DNA from: a virus
Strand: one strand, 5' to 3'
DNA: 64,000 nt
Virus record (IMG/VR): IMGVR_UViG_3300020469_000009
Every line of letters starts with the position of its first letter. Position 1 is the first letter of the stretch. The notes under the pieces were generated by a model that was given only the letters and a program-made list of their open reading frames with translations, was not told the origin of the DNA and did no database searches. The position numbers and the translations under genes were made by a program. Below are positions 18,713 through 28,074 of the stretch, piece by piece.

Positions 18713-20011
18713 ATGTCAAAAATAAAAGTAGGAATCATTGGAATTGGTTCCTGTGCCAAAAGCCTAGTTGAAGGCATTCAATACTACAACGAAAATCCAG
18801 AAGATAAAGTCGGTCTTATGTACGAAGATATCGGTGGATATGGAACTAAAGATATCGAATTTGTCTTAGGATTTGATATTGATGTAAGAAAAGTAAACAA
18901 ACCATTAGCTGAAGCTTTAAGAGCTGCACCAAATTGTTCAATGAATCATGTTAGTTCAATTTATACAAATGGTGATAGTAATTCTAGTTGTGTAAAATCT
19001 AAAGCAATGGTTTATTCAGCACCAGAACTAGATGGGATAGCACCTCACATGCATGATTATCCTGATGAAGTCACATTTGTAAATGGTGCAATACCAGCAG
19101 AATCATTTGAAAGAACTGTAGAGTTAATAAAGTATCATGATGTAGATGTTCTTATTAATTATTTACCAGTGGGTTCTGAAGATGCTACAAAATATTGGAT
19201 TGATGTTGCATTAGATGCAGGTGTTAATTTTGTTAATTGTATACCTACATTAATATCTACTGAAGAAGCTATGGCAACTGAACAAAGATTTATAGATGCA
19301 GGTTTAACAATTGTTGGAAGTGATATGCGTTCAGCTTGGGGAGCATCTCGTATGTCAGAAGTATTACAAGGTGCAATGCTTGATTCTGGTTTACAGGTCA
19401 CACAACACATTCAAATGAATATGGCAGCTGGTTCTACACAAGGTCAAGAAACTATACGTACGGGACGTACAGCAAATACAGACTTTTTGAATATGGCTAA
19501 ACAAGATAGATTAAAATCTAAACATATTTCTAAAGAAAATGTTTTAAAAGGTCAGAATATTGTAAGGGATGAAACAACAGCAGGTATGACACTATTTGCT
19601 GGTCCATCTTTAACAGTACAACAAAAACCAGGTGGTGAATACATTCCATCAGATAATAAGATAGCAAACTTTGATATAGTTGCTTATGGATTTGGTGGTG
19701 CAAGGTATGAAATGTCAGCTAGGTTATCAGTTCAAGATAGTCCAAACTCTGGTGGTGTTGTAGTATCAGCCATTAGGTTCTGTAGAGTTGCTAATGAAAT
19801 GGGTATTGTTGGTTATCTAAGAGGTCCAAGTGCATGGACACAGAAATCTCCACCAGTACAATTAAAAACTGATGTTGCAAAAGCTGAATGTGATGCTTTA
19901 GCAGAAAGAAAATTTACTGAAATGACTACAGCTCAAATAAAAGATAATAGACCTAAAGCAAAAGACTTACCACATACATTTCAAGCTGGAAAGACTGATT
20001 ATGAAAATTAA
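18713..20011 (+). CDS. ino1: Myo-inositol-1-phosphate synthase (Ino1/MIPS family)
   Basis: GIIGIGSCA..LV.G, YLPVGS..AT, FVNCIP, NTDFLNM, SK.ISK, DSPNSGG, KSPP. Confidence 0.9.
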   Translation: MSKIKVGIIGIGSCAKSLVEGIQYYNENPEDKVGLMYEDIGGYGTKDIEFVLGFDIDVRKVNKPLAEALRAAPNCSMNHVSSIYTNGDSNSSCVKSKAMVYSAPELDGIAPHMHDYPDEVTFVNGAIPAESFERTVELIKYHDVDVLINYLPVGSEDATKYWIDVALDAGVNFVNCIPTLISTEEAMATEQRFIDAGLTIVGSDMRSAWGASRMSEVLQGAMLDSGLQVTQHIQMNMAAGSTQGQETIRTGRTANTDFLNMAKQDRLKSKHISKENVLKGQNIVRDETTAGMTLFAGPSLTVQQKPGGEYIPSDNKIANFDIVAYGFGGARYEMSARLSVQDSPNSGGVVVSAIRFCRVANEMGIVGYLRGPSAWTQKSPPVQLKTDVAKAECDALAERKFTEMTTAQIKDNRPKAKDLPHTFQAGKTDYEN

Positions 20012-20381
20012 TACTTTTGATATTGATGGTGTTATAGACTTTGGTGATACGTACACGGGTGTACGGCCGTGTGCAAATGATATTATTATTACAGGTAGGT
20101 CTGTACATAGTGAAAGAGAAGCTACTGAAAAAATGCTTCATGCCCGCGGCATAAATAATATGTTATTTATGAATGACTTGCGAAAAGATGACCCTGAGTA
20201 CGGCCGTGAAGCTAGTGGAAGGTTCAAAGCAAAAATGATTACAATGTTAAAGAAACAAGGTTATGATATTGGTATGCATTTTGAAGATGATGAAATACAA
20301 ATCAAAGAAATTAAAAAAGAACATCCTGAATTACATATTGTACACTTGGTAAGACAAGACGGTATACATCCTTATGAATAA
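20001..20381 (+). CDS. Minimal (capless) HAD phosphatase
   Basis: FDIDGV, ITGR, K, HFEDD motifs I-IV. Confidence 0.85.
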   Translation: MKINTFDIDGVIDFGDTYTGVRPCANDIIITGRSVHSEREATEKMLHARGINNMLFMNDLRKDDPEYGREASGRFKAKMITMLKKQGYDIGMHFEDDEIQIKEIKKEHPELHIVHLVRQDGIHPYE

Positions 20382-21435
20382 ACTATTAGAAAAAAGAAAC
20401 GAAAATAACTTTCTAATATTTAATGAGTGGGTCAAAGAGTTCTTTAAAAGAGAATACCTAAGAGACTTTGGTGACCTAAATGATTATACACCCAGCCATG
20501 TTGCAATGAGAGAAGAAGTAAAGTATTGGAATCCTAATAGGTCTAAACATGCTGAAGTACATTGGTTAGAGAACTATGTGTTTGGTAGAGATGATATTAG
20601 TCTTAGAAACAAAATACTAAATGCAATGGCAGTTAAATTTGTAGGTATGCCAACACTTACATTAGTTGCTAGTAATTCAGCTGATTATAGTAATATTATA
20701 GACTTTGATAGATATGAAAAAGAAACAATATACAGACTTTTCATACAAAAAAATCTAAATGAAAATAAACATAAACTAGCTGTGTGGGGTTCAACACAAC
20801 TACAAACATCATTACAAACTGCAGCAAGAAATTATTGTAGAAGAACATACAATGACCCTGAGAAAAAGTTTCAATTATCAGATATGATTGACTGGATGTG
20901 TCATTTAGATAGACTTGGTTTATCTAGGACTGTGACAGACCAACAATCTACACTTGGTACTGTTTGTGAACACTTAAAACAGCATAGAGGTATTGGTCCA
21001 TATTTTTCTTATCATCCACCATGCAATTTTAGTAGAGCTGATGAATTACCATGTATTGATGAAGATGATGAGTATTGTTTAGTAGGGCCAGGTGCAAAAA
21101 GAGGTTTAGAATTTGTATTTCCAGATGTAAAATTTAGCAACAATGATATTATGGAAGAATATATTTTAGCTGTAAGAGATAATCAACATGAATTTTTTGA
21201 ATTTAAAAATGATACTGAACATGATTATTATAGAAACAATTTAGAGCGTGGTGGCAATTTAACTACCTTTGGTACAGAAATTACTTTTTGTCAGTTTAAT
21301 GTATTTCTTAGTATAAAAGATAATGAAAGAGCACAACAAAAAAGAATTGTACCATTAACATTTGATAGTTTTGAAACCATAGCAGAAAATTTAAACAAAG
21401 AAATGAATAAACCAACATTAGAGGCTTTTGTATGA
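20374..21435 (+). CDS. aGPT-Pplase-like (alpha-glutamyl/putrescinyl-thymine pyrophosphorylase clade) DNA base-hypermodification transferase
   Basis: HhH-like GIGPYFSY, D....VGPGAKRGL, E..FCQF pattern. Confidence 0.65.
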   Translation: MNKLLEKRNENNFLIFNEWVKEFFKREYLRDFGDLNDYTPSHVAMREEVKYWNPNRSKHAEVHWLENYVFGRDDISLRNKILNAMAVKFVGMPTLTLVASNSADYSNIIDFDRYEKETIYRLFIQKNLNENKHKLAVWGSTQLQTSLQTAARNYCRRTYNDPEKKFQLSDMIDWMCHLDRLGLSRTVTDQQSTLGTVCEHLKQHRGIGPYFSYHPPCNFSRADELPCIDEDDEYCLVGPGAKRGLEFVFPDVKFSNNDIMEEYILAVRDNQHEFFEFKNDTEHDYYRNNLERGGNLTTFGTEITFCQFNVFLSIKDNERAQQKRIVPLTFDSFETIAENLNKEMNKPTLEAFV

Positions 21436-21537
21436 TAGACTTTTTCTTTGTATTATTAATTATTCTTGGCTGTTTTAGTTTTTGTATTTTAGGACTATCT
21501 GGTAGATTACATTGGAAGAAAAAAAATAAAGGTAAGG

Positions 21538-22548
21538 GTGATGGAGGCTGGTAATATACTTAATTGCCCATTTATTCCTGTGGCAAAAAGAATAGCATCT
21601 CATAGAGGTGCTCAAGGTGTTATGTATGGTGACATGATTAAACAAGCTTATGGACAGTGTGATGTAAACTACGGTGGTGAAATACAAGAACATAATGATT
21701 ATGACACAATGTGGGTATATCATGGTAATGATTTTAGTGGAGGACTAAATATGTTTGGTGGTGTATATGGGTTTCCTTATGTACAAAACACTGTTAACTT
21801 TTCTAAGTTCAAAGGGAAGATAAAATCTATTGCTATTGATTTTCCACCTTACCATGAATGGATTAAAGATAAATTATCTAAAGCTAAAAAAGACCCACAA
21901 CCAGAATGGGCAAATGTAGATTTAGATAATTTAGAAAGAATGCATAAAGAAGCTGAAACTATAATACATCCAAATCAAACTAACAAATTAGTTATAGGTG
22001 ATTCACATTCTATTTGTATGTATAGACCTGGATGGACTATAAAAAGTATACCATTTAAAACACTCAATGGTATATTAAATGAGGGAATAGCTAATTACAT
22101 TCCAGATGAAGGTTTAAACTATAATGAAATAGAATTATACTTTGGCAATATTGATATAAGACATCATATTTGTAGAATGGATATTGATGTAAAAGAATTA
22201 GCTGATAGATATATTGAACAAGCAAAACAATTAGATGCAAAGATATATGAATTGTTGCCTATTGAAAATGAATCTAGAAAATTACCACAATCAGGTTATT
22301 ATAAAGGACAACCATTCTGGGGTACATGGCAAGAAAGAACTGATGCAAGAAATGAATTTAATGATTATATTGATAGCAAATATAGTATTATTAGATGGAC
22401 TGATAAATTACTAAATAGTAAAGGTGAATTAGATTTTGATTGTATGGAAAAACCTAAGTCAATACATTTAAGCAGAGAATACTATCCACATTGGAATGGT
22501 GTAGAATCAGATGCAATGTCACAAAGTTTGGAGGGTTTCTTTGGATAA
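21538..22548 (+). CDS. Conserved phage protein with SGNH-like C-terminal domain
   Basis: VIGDSHS, FGNIDIRHH, D...SIHL. Confidence 0.55.
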   Translation: MMEAGNILNCPFIPVAKRIASHRGAQGVMYGDMIKQAYGQCDVNYGGEIQEHNDYDTMWVYHGNDFSGGLNMFGGVYGFPYVQNTVNFSKFKGKIKSIAIDFPPYHEWIKDKLSKAKKDPQPEWANVDLDNLERMHKEAETIIHPNQTNKLVIGDSHSICMYRPGWTIKSIPFKTLNGILNEGIANYIPDEGLNYNEIELYFGNIDIRHHICRMDIDVKELADRYIEQAKQLDAKIYELLPIENESRKLPQSGYYKGQPFWGTWQERTDARNEFNDYIDSKYSIIRWTDKLLNSKGELDFDCMEKPKSIHLSREYYPHWNGVESDAMSQSLEGFFG

Positions 22549-23740
22549 TTTTACTTATGCAAGTATTGTGCCTCTTATAGGCGGTGAAACAATAGCAATG
22601 GAAAATGTTTTTGGTAAAAGACCTGAACATATTATGAGTTATTCAGGTTTCCAAGCTAATGAAGAACATTTGCTTAACCATTATAATAATGAAGTACCAT
22701 ATCATATTTTAGATGAAGGTAATCCTAAACCTAGTAAAGTGAATGTAGTAAATACTGTATGTCCATGTGCTGGTTTATCATCATTGTCACCACAAGCAAG
22801 TAGTGAGAATCATAATAATGATTGGATGAAAAAATCTACTGATTATGTTTTAAGTACTATGCAACCAGATGTTTTGTGGGGAGAGAATGCACCGAGGTTA
22901 GCATCTAAAATGGGTAGACCTGTAGTAGCTGAATTAAGAAAAATGGCTGATAAGTATGGTTATACATTTAGTATCTATCAAACAAAATCTATATTGCATG
23001 GATTAAGTCAAGTAAGAGATAGAACATTTTATTTCTTTTGGAAAGGTGATAAAGTACCTGTTATAGATTGGATTCATGAACCACATGAAAAAATAGAGGA
23101 TGCAATACGTAATGTTAAGTTATGTCCTGCTGATCCAATGAGTACTATACTTACAAATGAAAGAAAACCAACTGGCAATCCATTTTATAAGTATTGTTTA
23201 GAAGAACTTGAAGGTGGTATTACACATTCAGAATTTCAAGATAAAATAGAAAAATCTACTAATCCTTTAGACCATATTGAAAAACATACTAACTATAAAG
23301 TAGTTGGTGAATGGATGAAGAAGAATGGTTATGAAGGTGAATCAAAAAAATGTGAACGTATGTATGAAAAGTTAAAGTCAGGTGGTAATATAATGAGAAA
23401 AACTACTGAGATACCTAAAGATTACATTGGTGCTTTTGTAGGTCATATGCCAAGTTCACTTACACACCCAGATGAAGATAGATACTTATATGTAAGAGAA
23501 GCTTTATCTATGATGAGAATGCCAGAAGACTTTCAATTGTTGAATCCTAAAAGGTCACTTAATCATATATGTCAAAATGTACCTGTCACTACAGCTGAAC
23601 ATGCAGCAAGAGGTGTAAAAGCATTCCTTGAGGGAAGACTAGATAATAGAATGCTTGATACAAATTTTTTACTTCAAAATAATAAAGCACAAAAATTAGA
23701 TTACCAATCTAATACTTCACTGGAGGAGTTCTTTGGCTAA
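22511..23740 (+). CDS. DNA cytosine-C5 methyltransferase-like protein with degenerate SAM motif
   Basis: PCAGLS (motif IV), ENAP (VI), QVRDRTF (VIII), R.L.VRE....M..PEDF (IX), QNVP (X). Motif I reads VPLIGG rather than FxGxGG. Confidence 0.75.
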   Translation: MQCHKVWRVSLDNFTYASIVPLIGGETIAMENVFGKRPEHIMSYSGFQANEEHLLNHYNNEVPYHILDEGNPKPSKVNVVNTVCPCAGLSSLSPQASSENHNNDWMKKSTDYVLSTMQPDVLWGENAPRLASKMGRPVVAELRKMADKYGYTFSIYQTKSILHGLSQVRDRTFYFFWKGDKVPVIDWIHEPHEKIEDAIRNVKLCPADPMSTILTNERKPTGNPFYKYCLEELEGGITHSEFQDKIEKSTNPLDHIEKHTNYKVVGEWMKKNGYEGESKKCERMYEKLKSGGNIMRKTTEIPKDYIGAFVGHMPSSLTHPDEDRYLYVREALSMMRMPEDFQLLNPKRSLNHICQNVPVTTAEHAARGVKAFLEGRLDNRMLDTNFLLQNNKAQKLDYQSNTSLEEFFG

Positions 23741-24713
23741 GGTACTTATCACAGGTGGATATGGTCTAGTTGGTCATAGGGTTTGTGCTGAGCTAATGTC
23801 TGACAGTGATGTTAAACATGAAGTAGTTGTAGTTGATAACTATAATGACTATGGTGTAATACCTGAAAATGAAATGGAGTATACTTATAGAGCTAGAAAA
23901 GCTGTAATAGGTCATGTAAAAGATTACAATGTTGATATATGTTCTCATGATTTTGATGCTGTATTAGTAAAAGAAAAACCTGATATAGTGATACACTTAG
24001 CTTCATATCCAAGACAAGCAGTTGTAAATAAAAATCCACAACTAGCATCTCAAGTAATTATAGGTGGAACAATTAATGTAATTGAATCCTGTAAAAGACA
24101 TAATGTTAAAAGAATTGTATTAGCATCTAGTAGTATGGTATATGGAGAATTTGATGATGGTCAAAAAGAAACTGCCATTTGTAAACCGCAAGGTACTTAC
24201 GCAATAGCCAAACTAGCATGTGAACACTTAGTAAAAGACAGTGGGCTGGATTATACAATTGTAAGACCATCAGCAATTTATGGTGAATTAGATGTTAAAG
24301 ATAGAGTCATAAGTATATTTTTAATTAAGGCTATGTGTAATGAGACTCTCAAAGTAAATGGTGAGAATGAAAAGTTAGATTTTACTTATGTAGGAGATGT
24401 AGCAAAAGGTATGGCACAAATTATTAATAGTGATAAAACAATTAATGAAACTTTTAATCTTACAAAGAGTCATTCATGGACATTATATAGAGCTGCTCAA
24501 ATTGCCGTAAGTCTTGCCCAGTCAGGTTATATTGAAGTGGGAGATAAACATCCTGACTTTCCAAGTCGTGGTTCACTAGATATTACAAAGGCTAAAAAAG
24601 CATTTGACTTTTCCCCACGTGTAGACGTGGATGATGGATTTAGACTGTATTACCATTGGTTAAAAAATAGCCAATTCTGGTATAATTATATTACTGAAAG
24701 GAAAAAACTATGA
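23733..24713 (+). CDS. NAD-dependent NDP-sugar epimerase/dehydratase
   Basis: ITGGYGLVG, HLA, SSSMVYG, YAIAK, DFTYV.D. Confidence 0.92.
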   Translation: MAKVLITGGYGLVGHRVCAELMSDSDVKHEVVVVDNYNDYGVIPENEMEYTYRARKAVIGHVKDYNVDICSHDFDAVLVKEKPDIVIHLASYPRQAVVNKNPQLASQVIIGGTINVIESCKRHNVKRIVLASSSMVYGEFDDGQKETAICKPQGTYAIAKLACEHLVKDSGLDYTIVRPSAIYGELDVKDRVISIFLIKAMCNETLKVNGENEKLDFTYVGDVAKGMAQIINSDKTINETFNLTKSHSWTLYRAAQIAVSLAQSGYIEVGDKHPDFPSRGSLDITKAKKAFDFSPRVDVDDGFRLYYHWLKNSQFWYNYITERKKL

Positions 24714-25150
24714 GCAATCACATTAACGATATGAAAGTAGGCAAAGTAGTCGTCTTTGGATTACCTGGTGCTTTCACACCTACCTGTTCTTCAACTCACC
24801 TGCCTGGATATGAAGAAAAATATGATCAAATAATAGAAGCCGGTGCAAGAGAAGTTTACTGTGTATCAGTAAATGATTCTTTTGTTATGGATGCTTGGGC
24901 AAAAGACTTAGGTATTAGTAAAGTAAAAATGGTACCAGACGGAAATCTAGAATTCACTGACAAAATGAATATGAGAGTTTCAAAATCTAATATAGGTTTT
25001 GGTGATAGGTCTTGGAGATATTCAGTTGTTTTGCAAGATGGTGTTATAACAAAGTTATTTGAAGAAGAAGGTAAAGCCAATAATTTTGAGGGTGACCCAT
25101 TTAAAGTATCTGGTGCAGATAATATGTTGTCATTTTTAAAAGGAGAATAA
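24710..25150 (+). CDS. Peroxiredoxin (Prx5-like)
   Basis: PGAFTPTCS..HLP, SVND.FVM.AW, RSWRY. Confidence 0.93.
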   Translation: MSNHINDMKVGKVVVFGLPGAFTPTCSSTHLPGYEEKYDQIIEAGAREVYCVSVNDSFVMDAWAKDLGISKVKMVPDGNLEFTDKMNMRVSKSNIGFGDRSWRYSVVLQDGVITKLFEEEGKANNFEGDPFKVSGADNMLSFLKGE

Positions 25151-25408
25151 ATGGGACAATATGAAAATGAGGCCATGCCTCAGAAGGTAGTTATATACAG
25201 TAAACCCAACTGTGGATATTGTATCTCTGCAAAAAATATGTGTGAAACAAAAGGTATTAATTATGAATATCTTATGTTAGATGAAGATTATACTTTTGAT
25301 AAGTTTCAAGAGGAGTTTCCTAGTGCTAGAACTTTTCCACAAATAATATGTGATGATAAAAAAGTTGGAGGATTTCATGAATTTCAGCAAGTAATTGGTG
25401 GAGGATAA
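25151..25408 (+). CDS. Glutaredoxin
   Basis: CGYC, TFPQI, VGG. Confidence 0.9.
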   Translation: MGQYENEAMPQKVVIYSKPNCGYCISAKNMCETKGINYEYLMLDEDYTFDKFQEEFPSARTFPQIICDDKKVGGFHEFQQVIGGG

Positions 25409-25866
25409 TGAATACCATAGAAGCAGCTGATAAAAAATTTAATAACTGGGTTGGTAAAAAACATACTTCTAACTGGAAGAATATAGACCAAGAGTGGATA
25501 CAACTCTATGCCGGTCTTATGGGTGATGACCAACCTATCCATGTTGATGAAACTTATGCAAAGGCTACACCTTATGGAGGTATCATTGCACATGGATTTC
25601 TAATATTAGGTTTACTACCAGCATTTTCATATGAATTAGTACCACCATTTGCAGGACAAGTATTTGCTATGAATGTGGGTGTTGAGAATCTAAGAAATAG
25701 AAACTATGTAAAAGCTGGTTCAAATGTAAGAGCACACTTTACTTTAGAATCATATAAGAAAATTGGTAAACGTTTTAGAACTAATATTGCAATTGAAATA
25801 GAGATTGAAGGAGAGAAAAAACCAGCTCTTACTTGCAATTGGATCAACATGCATTACTTTGCATAA
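25408..25866 (+). CDS. MaoC-like hotdog dehydratase
   Basis: GD.QPIHVD..A...PYGG.IAHG.L. Confidence 0.88.
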   Translation: MNTIEAADKKFNNWVGKKHTSNWKNIDQEWIQLYAGLMGDDQPIHVDETYAKATPYGGIIAHGFLILGLLPAFSYELVPPFAGQVFAMNVGVENLRNRNYVKAGSNVRAHFTLESYKKIGKRFRTNIAIEIEIEGEKKPALTCNWINMHYFA

Positions 25867-25884
25867 CCTTGCTTTTTTATGGGC

Positions 25885-25998
25885 CATTGTAATATCAATT
25901 ACTTAAACTATACCTAACCTTGAAATTTCATGTTGTTTTTTTGTTTACAATGGACAAAAAGCATGATAGAATGAAGGTAATTTAACAAGGAGAACTGT
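25885..25998 (+). promoter_or_regulatory. Early sigma70-type promoter module, copy 1
   Basis: TTTACA (25944)-17 nt-TAGAAT (25967) with extended TG; conserved upstream block. Confidence 0.8.
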
Positions 25999-26244
25999 AT
26001 GCCAAAATACACAAAAGAAAACAAAACGGAATTATTATACCAACCATTCCAAAAACTTAAAACCAAAAAATCAAAAATCAAATTTTTGGAAACATTGCTT
26101 CAAGAAAGAATAGACAATCCTGAAAACTTCAGGGGTTTAAAACTAACTCAAAAACAAATCAAAAATCTTATCAAAAGGTGGCAAGAAAAAGCCACCACCA
26201 AAGAGTCGGAAAAGGATTCTCCTACTCTGGCAGATATGAAATAA
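25999..26244 (+). CDS. Hypothetical early protein
   Basis: AAGGAG SD directly behind the promoter. Confidence 0.6.
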   Translation: MPKYTKENKTELLYQPFQKLKTKKSKIKFLETLLQERIDNPENFRGLKLTQKQIKNLIKRWQEKATTKESEKDSPTLADMK

Positions 26245-26333
26245 ATATAGGAGATATATATGACAAAAAGCATTATATTACTTGTAGCATTTTTAGCACT
26301 TGTACTATTCATCTTATCAACAGTGGCTGGTAT

Positions 26334-26972
26334 ATGATAGTAGATTATAAAGAGTATAAAGACCAAGTTAATTCTAGAGAAGATATTTTAGTAGGTGAGC
26401 AAAGAGCTTATATAAGGTATCTCAATTCCCACAAAAAGAAACACTCCATGAATCGTATGGCACTTAGCCGTGATACAGAAACCGGTAAAGTGTATAAAGC
26501 TGAAAGAGCTTGGTTAAGAAATAAATGGGTCCAGGTTAAAAATAAAGACTATGATTCTCTTAAAGAGATGCAAAAGAGATGTAATCAAATCACTAGGTCT
26601 CAAACTTATAAAAAGATAGATAAAAAAGGTGGCCATAAAGTTAAATTGCGTGAGAAATCTAACTATCACGGTAGAGGCTGTCATGGGTGGGCACATACAT
26701 ATGAAATTACTTTAGACAAAATAAATGGTTTCAATGAGTATACTTTAATCCATGAACTAGCACACACGGCGGGAGAAATGCATCATGGTAGAGAATTTAG
26801 AAATGCTTTACTTAGTCTTGTATCTGTCTTTATGGGTTCCAAAGCTGGTAAAGAACTAAAGAAAGAGTTCAAAGTTAGAAAGCTAAAGTTAGGTTCACAT
26901 CCCAATCCATACACTTTTGAACGTTGGTCAGCCGCTAGAGAAAAAATGGCTGCAATGAGGTCAAAGTTATAA
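26334..26972 (+). CDS. HExxH zinc metallopeptidase-like (SprT/MPTase-like)
   Basis: LIHELAH....HHG.EF. Likely start MIVDY. Confidence 0.7.
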   Translation: MIVDYKEYKDQVNSREDILVGEQRAYIRYLNSHKKKHSMNRMALSRDTETGKVYKAERAWLRNKWVQVKNKDYDSLKEMQKRCNQITRSQTYKKIDKKGGHKVKLREKSNYHGRGCHGWAHTYEITLDKINGFNEYTLIHELAHTAGEMHHGREFRNALLSLVSVFMGSKAGKELKKEFKVRKLKLGSHPNPYTFERWSAAREKMAAMRSKL

Positions 26973-27007
26973 TTGTATAACATCTGGTTATACATTGAAA
27001 AAAAGTG

Positions 27008-27066
27008 TTTACAATCGACCAAAATCGTGATAGAATGTTCTTATAAATTAATAAAAACGAGGCAAA
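27008..27066 (+). promoter_or_regulatory. Early promoter, copy 2 (core only)
   Basis: TTTACA (27008)-17 nt-TAGAAT (27031), then TATAAATTAATAAAAACGAGG as in copy 4. Confidence 0.8.
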
Positions 27067-27411
27067 ATGCGAAAAGAAACTAAATATCCAAAAACAAAAG
27101 AGCAATTAGAAACTCAAGTAGTTGAGATTGCAGGTAGGGAGTATAAAAGAATGGGAGAGTTCTTTGACTTCTGTTTTAACACAACTGATAATGCAGTTGA
27201 AAAATACGAAAATGATTTCTATATCGATGGTGATATAGTATTATGGAAATCGAATGATAGAGAACCATTTGGTGATTTATTGTTAGACTTTTATGAAGCA
27301 GGTCTTATTACTTGGAGACAGGTAGTTAGAACATGTGAAAAGAAAGAAAAAGAAACCGATGAGTTTTGGGAAAATGTTTTCTCAGCTCAAGACATGAAGG
27401 AGGCATCATAA
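27067..27411 (+). CDS. Hypothetical early protein
   Basis: ORF with SD behind the promoter. Confidence 0.6.
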   Translation: MRKETKYPKTKEQLETQVVEIAGREYKRMGEFFDFCFNTTDNAVEKYENDFYIDGDIVLWKSNDREPFGDLLLDFYEAGLITWRQVVRTCEKKEKETDEFWENVFSAQDMKEAS

Positions 27412-27590
27412 TGTCACACCCAGTAAATGATACAGTAGCAGACCAAGTACTTGACGAGTACTATAATATGTCTGCTCATGAGAAATCACTCTATCTCTTA
27501 AAGAACAAACTTACTGTTTTAGAAGAAGAGAGTATGGAGAATATTATCGTCCTCCACATGTACGATAAAAGATTTGAACAATCAGTATAA
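27411..27590 (+). CDS. Hypothetical protein
   Basis: Start MSHPVN after AAGGAGG; TAATG coupling. Confidence 0.5.
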   Translation: MSHPVNDTVADQVLDEYYNMSAHEKSLYLLKNKLTVLEEESMENIIVLHMYDKRFEQSV

Positions 27591-27621
27591 TATTAATATA
27601 ATCAAATAAAGGAGCACCAAT

Positions 27622-28074
27622 ATGTTATTTGAAACATTACAAAGAGTCATCGAAGATAATTGTTATGATGACGAAAAAATAATCAGAGTTCAAGGAGTAC
27701 GAGATGGTAAAGAATACGTTCTTTATGAAGCGTGGTCCAGTGACGGAGAACTTGTCTTATCTGTAGCTGAAAAAGGAAGCAATGACTATAATAGAGTTGT
27801 GGATGAGCATACTAAAAAGCAAGCTCAAGAAAAATATAAAGAAAAAATAAATGAGTTTGAAAATATCATGTATAAAATTTGGGAGTTAGTAGACCATAGT
27901 GATCCAATACATGATAAGGTTGATGAAGCAGTCAGAAATCTTGAACATGAAACTGATTGGATAAATTCTTTTCAAGATGTAGAAGACACTCTTAGAATAA
28001 ACAAAGGCAAGATCGATTTTCTAAATGAAACACTTGCTAATTCTGAAAAATTAAATGCAGGATATGCATCATGA
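27622..28074 (+). CDS. Hypothetical protein
   Basis: AAGGAG SD; coiled-coil C-terminus. Confidence 0.55.
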   Translation: MLFETLQRVIEDNCYDDEKIIRVQGVRDGKEYVLYEAWSSDGELVLSVAEKGSNDYNRVVDEHTKKQAQEKYKEKINEFENIMYKIWELVDHSDPIHDKVDEAVRNLEHETDWINSFQDVEDTLRINKGKIDFLNETLANSEKLNAGYAS

